Positions 8,979 through 17,913 of a stretch of DNA of 51,083 bases are shown piece after piece (within the stretch, counting starts at the first letter, position 1; the number at the start of each line of letters is the position of its first letter). The notes under the pieces were generated by a model. It was not told the DNA's origin. It ran no database searches and worked only from the letters and a program-made list of their open reading frames with translations. A program made the translations under genes and the position numbers. The stretch lies in IMG/VR virus record IMGVR_UViG_2541047841_000011. One strand, 5' to 3'. This DNA comes from a virus (lineage: Duplodnaviria > Heunggongvirae > Uroviricota > Caudoviricetes).

Positions 8979-9293
8979 ATGACGACACCAACCAGACGGA
9001 TAAGTTTCTATCTGAAGCCCGCCGCCGTCAAGAGTGAACAGGAGGCGTGCAATTACCTCGATAGCCTGCCAGCCTCCGAACGCAGCCGCGCGCAACGCGC
9101 GGCCTTTCTGGCTGGGCTAGCGCTCATAAAGCGCAACCCAGCATTTGCCTACTGGATGGCCGAATGGCCAGAGGACAACCTCCCCTTCAATACCGTTAGC
9201 ATCAAGGAAACATACCAGGATAATCAGCCTAGCGGAGTTGAATGCAATTTTTATAAAATTGCAAAGAATATTCAGACCTTATTCCCAGAATAA
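8979..9293 (+). CDS. parR: ParR-like centromere-binding adaptor
   Basis: Internal ATG of ORF 8844..9293 with AGGAG RBS; RRISFYLKP...ERSRAQRAAFLAGLAL matches the ParR ribbon-helix-helix N-terminus; immediately downstream of the ParM-like gene. Confidence 0.68.
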   Translation: MTTPTRRISFYLKPAAVKSEQEACNYLDSLPASERSRAQRAAFLAGLALIKRNPAFAYWMAEWPEDNLPFNTVSIKETYQDNQPSGVECNFYKIAKNIQTLFPE

Positions 9294-9341
9294 TCTGATA
9301 ATTGTATGTGAACTAATAAAATACAGACCAACACATCATTC

Positions 9342-9366
9342 TGGCACCCTTGCTAACAGGGTGCCA
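9342..9366. terminator. Bidirectional hairpin between parR-like gene and convergent cargo operon
   Basis: TGGCACCCT-TGCTAAC-AGGGTGCCA, 9-bp perfect stem, between convergent stops at 9293 and 9377. Mirror 41718..41742. Confidence 0.5.
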
Positions 9367-9376
9367 ATGTTTCAAA

Positions 9377-10219
9377 TCATGATGAAATTGCCGAAGTTTT
9401 TTTATCGTGCTGAAGTACCGCAAATGCCATTAAAACCTCAAGAGAATAGCGGCGATAATACTTAACAAAACCATAATAAAATACTCGGGATGCAGCAATA
9501 CAAAACAAGAGAAGAAAACAAAAAGGTAACAGTCTGATATTTATATCTATTAAAAAGGATAGAAGGAGCAGGAACATAAGCAACCAGACTGAAGCGAGAA
9601 AAACAAATGTAATGTTTCTACAAAAACCATACAAAGCAACATAGTTTTGCATTTTCACCTGATGATTTTTAGAATGTTCATACACATAATGATAAGCAAG
9701 GCGAAAAAGATCGCCCCTCAAGCCCTTACGTCGATATAGCGTAGATACAGAAAAAACATTTATATAACCATCTCGTATTTGCGGCCAAAAGACTTTAATA
9801 AGTATAGAATGCAGTGTGGTTTTATGATGTTCTGCTTTATCAAAAGCTGATACAGGAAATAAAAAAACTCCACGAATAAAATTAACTATACTGAACTTAG
9901 TATTATGTCGTTTTATTTTCAGGGAGCTTCTTTTAGAAAACAGATAAATTGAAGGATACCCAAGTTTACTGTTCATGTATTTTTCAATTAAACAGGATGA
10001 TAGAATAGATATGAAGTGACCTGAAATATATGATAGAACGATTAATACCACATATATAAATACACTTATTATTTCTTTATATTTCAGGATATGGTTAAGA
10101 ATACCTTCTATATAAACAGGGTTAATTTCAATAGAAAACAAAAAAAGGATAAACAGGAATAACCCACCTGGAATTAGATAGCCCAAAAAGTCATAAAATG
10201 AAAACGGATTCTGTGTCAC
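9377..10219 (-). CDS. Polytopic membrane protein (280 aa), unknown function; low-GC cargo
   Basis: GTG start with GGGGGAAG RBS; at least 4 hydrophobic helices (e.g. FLGYLIPGGLFLFILFLF, IISVFIYVVLIVLSYISGHFISIL, ITFVFLASVWLLMFLLLLSFLI, LLPFCFLLLFCIAASRVFYYGF); GC about 30-35 percent against about 55 percent in the backbone. Confidence 0.7.
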   Translation of the reverse strand: MTQNPFSFYDFLGYLIPGGLFLFILFLFSIEINPVYIEGILNHILKYKEIISVFIYVVLIVLSYISGHFISILSSCLIEKYMNSKLGYPSIYLFSKRSSLKIKRHNTKFSIVNFIRGVFLFPVSAFDKAEHHKTTLHSILIKVFWPQIRDGYINVFSVSTLYRRKGLRGDLFRLAYHYVYEHSKNHQVKMQNYVALYGFCRNITFVFLASVWLLMFLLLLSFLIDINIRLLPFCFLLLFCIAASRVFYYGFVKYYRRYSLEVLMAFAVLQHDKKTSAISS

Positions 10220-10258
10220 ACTTCCCCCTGTGTTACTTGTAAATTAAAGGGTAAAACA

Positions 10259-10756
10259 TTATTTGTTTTTCCGTAAAGGATTAGCTTTCCATCTTCTTAC
10301 TAACCATTCGAATTCTTGATATGTAGTATCCGAATTAATGCTTTCTCTGATTGCTTTAATTAATGGCTCGGCAATATCATATGTCTCTACAACTGTTGTG
10401 TAAGATGTTCTTTTTATCATTTTTTCATCATAAATACCTTCACGAATACTTACAGCAACTCGCTCGTAAAAATTTAAAATATATTGAAATTTTCGGCGCT
10501 CGGCCATTTCTTCATCTGTTATTATGCAACCATCACAAGGAAAAACATAAGAACGAAATGATTTGCCTGAACGATGCACTTGTTTCAGGGTATGCAATGA
10601 CTCTATATATTGCATATCTTGCCGACTCTCAAAAAGAAAGTTGGCCGTTTGAGTTTTTTTTGCGGTACGCACATTGTAGATAATGGTTCCAATGGCAACC
10701 AAAACGCCAAGCAGAACAATAGTATTGCTGATGATTTGTAGTGTTATTGGGTTCAT
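10259..10756 (-). CDS. Single-pass membrane protein (165 aa) with soluble C-terminal domain, unknown function; low-GC cargo
   Basis: N-terminal helix ITLQIISNTIVLLGVLVAIGTIIYNV then charged domain with CDGC motif; 39 bp upstream of the 280-aa gene on same strand, so likely an operon. Confidence 0.7.
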   Translation of the reverse strand: MNPITLQIISNTIVLLGVLVAIGTIIYNVRTAKKTQTANFLFESRQDMQYIESLHTLKQVHRSGKSFRSYVFPCDGCIITDEEMAERRKFQYILNFYERVAVSIREGIYDEKMIKRTSYTTVVETYDIAEPLIKAIRESINSDTTYQEFEWLVRRWKANPLRKNK

Positions 10757-10774
10757 CCTATTTCATCCATAAAA

Positions 10775-10805
10775 AAGGCGGGGAGCAAATCCCCGCCTCA
10801 TTAGA
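10775..10805. other. Candidate cos (cohesive end) site
   Basis: Minus-strand sequence TGAGGCGGGGATTTGCTCCCCGCC contains GAGGCGGGGA, matching the core of the P2/186 cos sequence as I recall it (GGCGAGGCGGGGAAAGCAC); located between cargo and portal, where P2 has cos. Mirror 40279..40309. Confidence 0.4.
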
Positions 10806-10953
10806 GGTCAACGTAGCTTAGAAACCATCAAATTCATCATACATTTTATTCATATCAACCCCCTCATAGAAATCATAACCACGTTTTGTGGTTTTTGTGA
10901 CGTATAAACTACATCAAAGGCAAGCCACGGTCAAATATATAGGCATGCTTACC

Positions 10954-10980
10954 TGCACAAAAGTGCACAAATTTGCACAA
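10954..10980. repeat. Three 10-bp-phased TGCACAA repeats in cos-proximal region
   Basis: cTGCACAAaagTGCACAAattTGCACAAttttttt, plus a fourth GTGCACAAAAAAA at about 11045; candidate terminase/IHF-type binding array. Mirror 40104..40130. Confidence 0.35.
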
Positions 10981-11353
10981 TTTTTTTGAACGACTTTTTA
11001 CCCTTCCGGCCCGCATGGCGGCTGGATCCGTCAAGGATCCGTGCGTGCACAAAAAAACGCGCTTTTTCTGCGCGCAGGTGACGGGGGAACAGCCCGCGTT
11101 TCAGGGGGTAAATAGTATTCCCTGAGCGATGTCGCAGCGACATAACAGAATGGCCATATTTCTCACGCTGAGCGTGAAAAAGATGTGAGGGCTTTTGATT
11201 TGATGGGGTGAAAGGTAAGGCCGTCAAAATCGCACTGAGGCGGTGAGAACATGCAGTCAGCGCGGTGGGATTGCGTAAGAGTCTGACCGTCGATGATGGT
11301 AATAAACAGGAAAGCGTCGTGAAATTATCTGATTGATACAGGAGCTGGAGAGT

Positions 11354-11378
11354 CGGGGCATAAATTTTTTATGCCCCG
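11354..11378. terminator. Perfect 11-bp hairpin downstream of portal gene
   Basis: CGGGGCATAAA-TTT-TTTATGCCCCG, 26 bp beyond the portal stop. Mirror 39706..39730. Confidence 0.5.
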
Positions 11379-11404
11379 CCGAAGCAGCAGACAAGCGAAG
11401 CGCG

Positions 11405-12451
11405 TCAGGATGTGGGCTGGGTGTCTAACAGTGCGTAAGGGTTAAAGCGAATCACCTCTTCGCCAAGCCAGTCATTGATGTGCTTCATGGCCTCCATGAC
11501 GGGCATCAGCTCGTTAATTGCGTAAACCCGCGCGGCCTTCTCCACATCACCAAACGCACTTTTTTCGCCTGGCATCGCCCCCATCAGTTGCGGCGGAACG
11601 CGGTGCGCAGCCAGCACATCATCACGGGATGCCACCTTAACATTCATGAACTCATCCTTTGCGGTGATCTGCTGGAACGGCAAAATTTGCACCCCCTCTT
11701 TGCCACCGTTGGGCGCATGAATGAGCACGTTTTTAAACGCACCACCACCACGCGCACCCTGTAGCGTTTCTTTCAGGGAGTCCATGCTTTCGCGGTTTAC
11801 CTGCGCTGCACCGATGTAGATGATGCACCCGGCGTGGGATCCGTTGTCGTAATACAGTTTTCTGAACATGTCCGCCGAATGAGACAGGCTGGCCGAGAGT
11901 AATGCGCCGAGATATTCCGGCATGCCGTAGATTTCCTGGTTAATGTCAGGATTCATCAGGTGGCACACTTTGCCAGGGCGAAACTGAAACGCGTCCTTGC
12001 CATCCTGCACATACCACCATGATTCAAGATCGCTTCCGCGTCGCATGTATTTCGCCAGGGCGTGCCGTAATTTAAGCGGTTCGCCGAGCATATTGCTTCG
12101 AAGCTCAAGGAATGCGTTACCGAACACAAACCAGTCCAGCGCCAGCGCCGAGAAATCCTGCCGGGAAAGCAACGGGTGCGGGATGTAGCAACCGAGTAAT
12201 ACATTGCGCTTAAAGTAAAGCGCAGACTGATGCCAGGACGTTTGCCGGGCAGCTCTTGCCAGACCGTACCAGTCCACCGGGGTTTCATACCACCGCCCGT
12301 TATCAGCACAGTACATATTGTCCAGCAGGTCATGCCCGGTCAGGCGATAAGGACCATCAAATGTGAATGCACTGAGCGATGATTCTTTCCTGAGCGCATC
12401 AGCGAGATCAATGCGTGAACTCATGCGCACTTTTTTATTTTTTCTGCTCAT
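11405..12451 (-). CDS. Q: Portal protein (P2 gpQ-like)
   Basis: 348 aa; downstream of and translationally overlapped (TGATG) with large terminase on the leftward strand, as in P2 P-Q. Confidence 0.88.
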   Translation of the reverse strand: MSRKNKKVRMSSRIDLADALRKESSLSAFTFDGPYRLTGHDLLDNMYCADNGRWYETPVDWYGLARAARQTSWHQSALYFKRNVLLGCYIPHPLLSRQDFSALALDWFVFGNAFLELRSNMLGEPLKLRHALAKYMRRGSDLESWWYVQDGKDAFQFRPGKVCHLMNPDINQEIYGMPEYLGALLSASLSHSADMFRKLYYDNGSHAGCIIYIGAAQVNRESMDSLKETLQGARGGGAFKNVLIHAPNGGKEGVQILPFQQITAKDEFMNVKVASRDDVLAAHRVPPQLMGAMPGEKSAFGDVEKAARVYAINELMPVMEAMKHINDWLGEEVIRFNPYALLDTQPTS

Positions 12452-14202
12452 CAGAACTCCATAACCGTGAAACGCTCGTTTTCTCCTTCGCCGCCAATTG
12501 GTTCGTTAATGACAGCAAGCATGGTTGCCCACGCAAGGTCGCCGTGGCTGATCCCCCTCGCGCGGTCCGTTTCGTAAGTGATAAAGCCGCCCGGTGTTTT
12601 CACCTTACGCACGGCGTTAAAGGCCGCGACCAGCTCGCGTTCGGCGCGATCGTATTCCCACCGCCCGGCACGCATTATTTGCAGCATTTTCAGTACCAGC
12701 GACCGTTTTGATGACAGCGTGAAGGTGTACGGAATAGCGGCAGGGAAAAACCGTTTCACTATCTGATAAACAGCCTCCCCGTTCCCGCCCGTCACATCAA
12801 TGCCGATGTGTTCCACGTTGTAGCGACACGTGAACTCTTCAATGACTCTGGCCTGTTCTTCAAACTCCAGCCCCTGAACGCGTCGCGTCTCTACCGTTCG
12901 AAAACGGCCACCAGGAACAGACGGAGGAACCACCACGGACACAGCGCCGCTGTCGCCGTTGCCACTGCTGCCGTTTGCGTCATACCCAATCCATACCGGA
13001 CGATTCCCCATCGGGCGGGGAGCAAAAGGTTTCCAGTCTTTCCAGTCGTCGTATCCGTCAACACCGCAGCCAATCAGGATATTCAGGTTAAATGCCGATT
13101 CCCCTTCGCGGACAAACTCACACATATAGAGATTGAGGAACTCGTCTTCGGTGTTTTCATCACGAATTTCGTCGATATCGGTGTGTTCCCAGCCGTGATT
13201 AACCACATCTTCCAGCGTGACAATTTGCCGCCACGTCCGGTCAGGGCAGATAAGCCCGTTATGCAGCGCTTTCCAGTCCACAGAAAAACGCTGGCGTTTA
13301 TGCGTGACCTTTTTCTCGTTCCAGCGGTCGCCGTTCCAGTAGGCGTATGCCTCGTGCATTTCGGTGGATGGCGTGGAGAAGTAGGTGCGCCGCAGTCCGC
13401 TGAGGGTTGCCATAGCGCCAGCCACCTTGCGCAGTTCAGCAAAGCGACTGACCCAGAAAAATTCATCAAAATAAAAATTGCCCGTATAGGACTGTGCCGA
13501 CGCAGCAGAAGTGCCGAGAAAATGCAGCTCTGCGCCGTTGGAGAGGATGATTTTATCGCCCCCTTTCAGCTCCACATCAACTTCAGCCGCGGCCTTCTGA
13601 ATAATGCTTTTAAACTGGAACGCCTGACGACGCGACGCAGACAAAAAAATCTGGTTACGCTGGTAAGGTTGCGCCACATCGTCACGCAGCGCCATCAGCA
13701 GCGCTTCCTGTGCAAAATACCAGGTCGCCCCAATCTGTCGGGATTTCAGGATCATCCTGTTACGTATCCCTGCTTCCCTGCAAAGGGTCAGGGAGTCAAA
13801 CCAGCCCCGCTGATGCCACTCCAGCCTGCTGATGATTTTTTCCCGCAGTGCGGCAATCTGTTCCGGCGTGAAATGATTTTTAAGCTTTTTCGCCCGGCCT
13901 TTCTTTCCTGTGGCCGTCGCATCCGGCTGGCCATCATGCAGTTTTTTAAGCTGCCGGGTCAGCAGGTCTATTTCCTTGAAGTCACCACCTGTTTTATTCT
14001 GTTTTTCAGTGAGCTGGATGAGGCGCGCATCGATGGACTGCGTGACACGCTGCACGGGTGGCGTTTCATCCCACTGGTCGCGTTTTTTCCACGCATAAAT
14101 CGTGTTCGGGTTTATTCCCATCAGACGTGATATTTCTGCGGGCGGATAACCCTGCCAGTAAAGTTGCCGCGCACGCTGGCGCACAAAAGCGTCCTGAATC
14201 AT
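12451..14202 (-). CDS. P: Terminase large subunit (P2 gpP-like ATPase/nuclease)
   Basis: 583 aa; Walker-A-like MILKSRQIGATWYF; divergent from scaffold/capsid operon. Confidence 0.93.
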   Translation of the reverse strand: MIQDAFVRQRARQLYWQGYPPAEISRLMGINPNTIYAWKKRDQWDETPPVQRVTQSIDARLIQLTEKQNKTGGDFKEIDLLTRQLKKLHDGQPDATATGKKGRAKKLKNHFTPEQIAALREKIISRLEWHQRGWFDSLTLCREAGIRNRMILKSRQIGATWYFAQEALLMALRDDVAQPYQRNQIFLSASRRQAFQFKSIIQKAAAEVDVELKGGDKIILSNGAELHFLGTSAASAQSYTGNFYFDEFFWVSRFAELRKVAGAMATLSGLRRTYFSTPSTEMHEAYAYWNGDRWNEKKVTHKRQRFSVDWKALHNGLICPDRTWRQIVTLEDVVNHGWEHTDIDEIRDENTEDEFLNLYMCEFVREGESAFNLNILIGCGVDGYDDWKDWKPFAPRPMGNRPVWIGYDANGSSGNGDSGAVSVVVPPSVPGGRFRTVETRRVQGLEFEEQARVIEEFTCRYNVEHIGIDVTGGNGEAVYQIVKRFFPAAIPYTFTLSSKRSLVLKMLQIMRAGRWEYDRAERELVAAFNAVRKVKTPGGFITYETDRARGISHGDLAWATMLAVINEPIGGEGENERFTVMEF

Positions 14203-14356
14203 TGCTCCCCCTGAGTAATTACAGGAAGATTACCCGCGCGCGAAACTGTTCTCCTTAACCCCCTGTTCTGGCCGTTTTCTTACAACAAAAGCCCTTTGTA
14301 TCAGCCTGTTACGCTTTGCCATCATGACTGAAGAACCAGTCAGAGGGGCAAAAACT
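14203..14356. promoter_or_regulatory. Divergent late promoter region (P-Q leftward, O-N-M-L rightward)
   Basis: 154-bp gap between divergent late operons; I could not find a clean TGT-N12-ACA Ogr-type element by eye. Mirror 36728..36881. Confidence 0.4.
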
Positions 14357-15193
14357 ATGGCTAATGAAAAAAAGACATCCCGCAAAAAGTTTCGCGTGGC
14401 TGTCTCCGGTGTAACGGCAGACGGGCGCGAAATCAACGGCGACATGCTGAAAGCTGCCGCCACCAGTTATAACCCGTCCGTTTATGGTGCACGTGTGAAT
14501 ATTGAGCACATCCTGTCACCACTCCCCGGTAGCGAGTTTTCCGCTATGGGCGATGTTGTGGGGTTGAGCACCGAAGACATAACCGATGGCCCGCTGGCAG
14601 GCCGCACGGCACTGTATGCCGAAATTGAGCCGACCGCTCGCATGATGTCCCTGCTTAACGATGGTAAAAAAATTTACTCCAGTATTGAGCTGGAACCACA
14701 GTCAACCATCACGGGAGGCCCTTACCTGCGCGGGCTGGCAATGACCGACACCCCTGCCAGCCTGGGCACGGAACGTCTGGCCTTTGCGGCACAACAACGT
14801 ATGCAACTGATGACATTCAACTGTCAGCAGGGAGACGTGGCGATGTTTACCGCCGCTATGGAGTCAGAACTTATCGAACTCACCGAACAACGTCAGGAAG
14901 AAGGCACCCAGTGGTTTAACCGCGTTATGGGGATTATTGGCCGTGGCCGCAAAGCGGATGACGCCAGTTTCTCCCGTATTCAGGAAGCGGTGGAAGGTGT
15001 CGCAACGTCACAGGCCGACATTATCGACCGTTTTAATGCGCTGGAAACCCGCCATCAGCAGGACAGCCAGAAAATCACTTTACTGACCACAGAGCTGACA
15101 GCACTGAAGGAAAAACTGCGCACGCAGGACGGCGATCCGCAGAACCGGTTCACCGCAACGGGCGCAGCCTCCGATCAACTGGCTGACTTCTGA
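14357..15193 (+). CDS. O: Capsid scaffolding protein (P2 gpO-like)
   Basis: Internal ATG (MANEKK) of ORF 14324..15193 with GAGGGG RBS; conserved YGARVNIEH and GLAMTDTPASLGTE segments as in gpO. Confidence 0.85.
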   Translation: MANEKKTSRKKFRVAVSGVTADGREINGDMLKAAATSYNPSVYGARVNIEHILSPLPGSEFSAMGDVVGLSTEDITDGPLAGRTALYAEIEPTARMMSLLNDGKKIYSSIELEPQSTITGGPYLRGLAMTDTPASLGTERLAFAAQQRMQLMTFNCQQGDVAMFTAAMESELIELTEQRQEEGTQWFNRVMGIIGRGRKADDASFSRIQEAVEGVATSQADIIDRFNALETRHQQDSQKITLLTTELTALKEKLRTQDGDPQNRFTATGAASDQLADF

Positions 15194-15216
15194 TAAGACA
15201 AAGGAGCAAATTTTTT

Positions 15217-16269
15217 ATGAATCTGGTGATGTCAGATATTACCCGCAACAAGCTGGGTTGCTATATGGCGCAGCAGGCGTCGCTTAACAACATCCCGGTA
15301 TCTGCACTGGTATCGCGATTTACCGTGGAACCCTCGGTGCAGCAGCGTTTTGAAAACGCAGTAAAGGAGAGCACTGAATTTACAAAAAAAATTAACGTGT
15401 TCGGTGTGACCGACCAGAAAGGCGAAAAAATCCTCCTGGACACCACCGGGCCGATTGCGCGCACGAATACCAGTTATGACGGCACAAAACGCCGTAACCC
15501 GAATAACGTGGTTGATCTGAAAAACCGTAAATATCAGTGCGAACAGGTGAACTACGACACGTTTATTTCGTATCCGCAGCTTGATGCCTGGGCGGCACAC
15601 CCTGATTTTCAGTCACGCGTCAGCACACAGATTGCCCGGCAGGTGGCGCTTGACCGCATCATGATCGGTTTCAACGGCACGTCTCACGCAGATGAGTCCA
15701 ACTTCAGCACCAACAAGCTGCTTCAGGACGTTAACGTGGGATGGCTGGAGCACATCAGAACCGACGCCAGCGAGCGCGTAATGAATGACGTGACGCTGAC
15801 CTCCCGCAACATGGACAACACCGTGGCGCACGCGGGTAAGTATGCGAACGCTGATGCACTGGTACAGGACGCGCGCTCATCCCTGCTGGATGAATGGCAC
15901 AAGGAAGCTGACGACCTCGTGGTGATTATGGGGCGCAACCTGTTTAACTCGCTGCGTCTGCCCGTGCTGAACAGCATCAGCGGCCAGAATCCCAATGCGG
16001 AATTACTTGCCGGACAGCTCATCCTGTCATCGCGCGCCATTGGCGGACTGGATGTATTCCTTGCGCCGTTCTTCCCGGATTCAACGATGCTGATCACCTC
16101 GTTCAACAACCTGTCGATTTACTGGCAGAAAGGAACAATGCGTCGCCTGATGAAAGACGAGCCGGAATACAACCGCATCGCCACCTACCAGTCCATCAAT
16201 GACGCTTATGTCGTTGAAGACTATGGCAAGTGCGCGATGGTCACTGGCCTGAAGTTCGCCGACAGCTAA
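15217..16269 (+). CDS. N: Major capsid protein (P2 gpN-like)
   Basis: 350 aa; AAGGAG RBS; FTVEPSV..., LSIYWQ and DAYVVEDYG segments similar to gpN. Confidence 0.9.
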   Translation: MNLVMSDITRNKLGCYMAQQASLNNIPVSALVSRFTVEPSVQQRFENAVKESTEFTKKINVFGVTDQKGEKILLDTTGPIARTNTSYDGTKRRNPNNVVDLKNRKYQCEQVNYDTFISYPQLDAWAAHPDFQSRVSTQIARQVALDRIMIGFNGTSHADESNFSTNKLLQDVNVGWLEHIRTDASERVMNDVTLTSRNMDNTVAHAGKYANADALVQDARSSLLDEWHKEADDLVVIMGRNLFNSLRLPVLNSISGQNPNAELLAGQLILSSRAIGGLDVFLAPFFPDSTMLITSFNNLSIYWQKGTMRRLMKDEPEYNRIATYQSINDAYVVEDYGKCAMVTGLKFADS

Positions 16270-16314
16270 TCAACTCACGGCGGGCATCATGCCCGCCTGT
16301 AACGGAGAGAAAAA

Positions 16315-17115
16315 ATGATTACTCCTGCACAGCAACACTGGCAGAACGTGATGGCACAGCGCGCAGGCCGGGCGAATGAAGGCGTGGACCACGCCGCGCG
16401 TACCGCGCATGAAGAGGTGCTGTATCGTCTGCGTCTGGCACAGGCCCGACTTAAGGGCGTACAGGCCAGAAGCGCGAAAGCCGCCATCAAAAAAGAGTTG
16501 TTACCGGACTTTTCCGGCTGGATTGAGGGAACGCTGGAGGCTGACGGCGGGCAGCAAGATGAAGTGATTGCCACGCTGATGGTGTGGGCAATTGACTGCG
16601 GCGATCTTCCGCTGGCGCTGCGTATTGGTGCGTATGTGGTCCGTCACAACCTCATCATGCCGGATAACTTTGACCGTACTGCTGCCACGGTACTGACCGA
16701 AGAAATCTGTAATCCGGTACTGACGCAGGCCGGGACGGATGCCGACGCGGATTTGTCCGCCTTTATCGAACCACTGGACACCCTCCGGGAGATTGTCACC
16801 GACCAGGACATGCCGGACGAAGTGCGCGCCAAATTATGCAAGGCGTGCGCCTTTGCCCGTCGTGGCCTGACCGATGCGGACAGCATGGCCTCATCACTGA
16901 AGCTGCTGCGCGAAGCGATGCACCTGAACCCGAACGCAGGTGTGAAACGCGAGATTGCAACCCTTTCCCGCGCCCTGAAAAAAGCCGATTCCGCAGCCGC
17001 ACCAGAAGATGCCAGCACACCGCAGGCGCAGGACGAAAGCAGCAAAAGTAAAAAGACAACGCGGAAGCCTGCAACACGAAAAACCACCGCGACGCAGAAG
17101 GCGAAGCGCGGTTAA
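16315..17115 (+). CDS. M: Terminase small (endonuclease) subunit (P2 gpM-like)
   Basis: 266 aa with basic low-complexity C-terminal tail; position between capsid and head completion genes. Confidence 0.8.
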   Translation: MITPAQQHWQNVMAQRAGRANEGVDHAARTAHEEVLYRLRLAQARLKGVQARSAKAAIKKELLPDFSGWIEGTLEADGGQQDEVIATLMVWAIDCGDLPLALRIGAYVVRHNLIMPDNFDRTAATVLTEEICNPVLTQAGTDADADLSAFIEPLDTLREIVTDQDMPDEVRAKLCKACAFARRGLTDADSMASSLKLLREAMHLNPNAGVKREIATLSRALKKADSAAAPEDASTPQAQDESSKSKKTTRKPATRKTTATQKAKRG

Positions 17116-17216
17116 CGACTGACCCCGTCAGCGGGCGGCGTGCGCGGTGTTCCGGTTTGACTCCGTGACCGTTTACACCGCACACCCACCGCCCGATTTT
17201 TTCAGGAGTGAACACC

Positions 17217-17711
17217 ATGAGTATGGTTGCCAGAACCAACCCCGGCCCCGCAGAGGACGACATCACCGATACCGATGATGGTGATACCCGTATTTCAGCG
17301 GGCGCATTCTGGCCGGATATTGTGCTGCGTGAGCTGCGTCTGGCGATACGACTGCCGGGCCGTGTGACCACCTCCCGCCTGCTGCATACCGCCACCGGGG
17401 CCGTGGCACACGTTACCCGCGAGCTGGAAGCGTGGCAGCAGGAACAGCAGGCGGCTGGCCATCAGACGCTGGCCGATGTTCCGGCACCCGTAATTAACGG
17501 AGAAAGCGTCAATCTCTGGCACTGGCGCAATGCTGTTTATACCGCCACGCGCGCCCTGATTCTGGAGCGTTATCGTGATGCAGACACAACGGACAAGGGC
17601 GACCGCCGGGCGGACGCTCTGGATATACAGACATCGGATTTGTGGCGTGATGTGAGCTGGGCCATCTCTGACATTCTGTGCCGCCCGCGAATCTTTGCGG
17701 AGTTGTGCTGA
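17217..17711 (+). CDS. L: Head completion/stabilisation protein (P2 gpL-like)
   Basis: ATG at 17217 with AGGAG RBS inside ORF 17208..17711; synteny. Confidence 0.8.
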   Translation: MSMVARTNPGPAEDDITDTDDGDTRISAGAFWPDIVLRELRLAIRLPGRVTTSRLLHTATGAVAHVTRELEAWQQEQQAAGHQTLADVPAPVINGESVNLWHWRNAVYTATRALILERYRDADTTDKGDRRADALDIQTSDLWRDVSWAISDILCRPRIFAELC

Positions 17712-17911
17712 TGAAAGTGAAGGCACTGGAAGGCGACACCGTGGATTCGCTCTGTTTCCGGCACTACGGCACGACGCAGGGCGTCACCGAAAAGGTGCTG
17801 GATGCCAACCCCGGACTCTGTCAGCAGGTATTTCTGGACGCCGGGCAGGAAGTGGAGATGCCGGAGCCGGAGAAGAAGAAACGAGAAATGATTCAGTTGT
17901 GGGGGGAGTAG
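17711..17911 (+). CDS. X: Tail protein X (P2 gpX-like)
   Basis: 66 aa MKVKALEGDTVDSLCFRHYG...; TGATG overlap with L. Confidence 0.75.
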   Translation: MKVKALEGDTVDSLCFRHYGTTQGVTEKVLDANPGLCQQVFLDAGQEVEMPEPEKKKREMIQLWGE

Positions 17912-17913
17912 CA

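Noticed and set aside
10777-10797. GGCGGGGA-GCAAA-TCCCCGCC hairpin plus T-tract read as a rho-independent terminator
   Set aside because: On the strand where the T-tract follows the stem it sits about 20 bp upstream of the cargo operon start, not downstream of a gene; the GAGGCGGGGA match favours a cos element. It could still insulate the cargo operon from upstream transcription.
10949-11227. 92-aa minus-strand ORF in the cos-proximal region
   Set aside because: No RBS, junk-like basic translation, embedded in repeats and palindromes of the packaging region.
12808-14130. 440-aa ORF on the plus strand
   Set aside because: Lies entirely antisense within the large terminase gene; low-complexity Arg/Pro-rich translation typical of spurious antisense frames in GC-rich coding DNA.
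16796-17395. 199-aa and other antisense ORFs across small terminase / head completion genes
   Set aside because: Antisense to well-supported late genes; Arg/Ser-rich junk translation.
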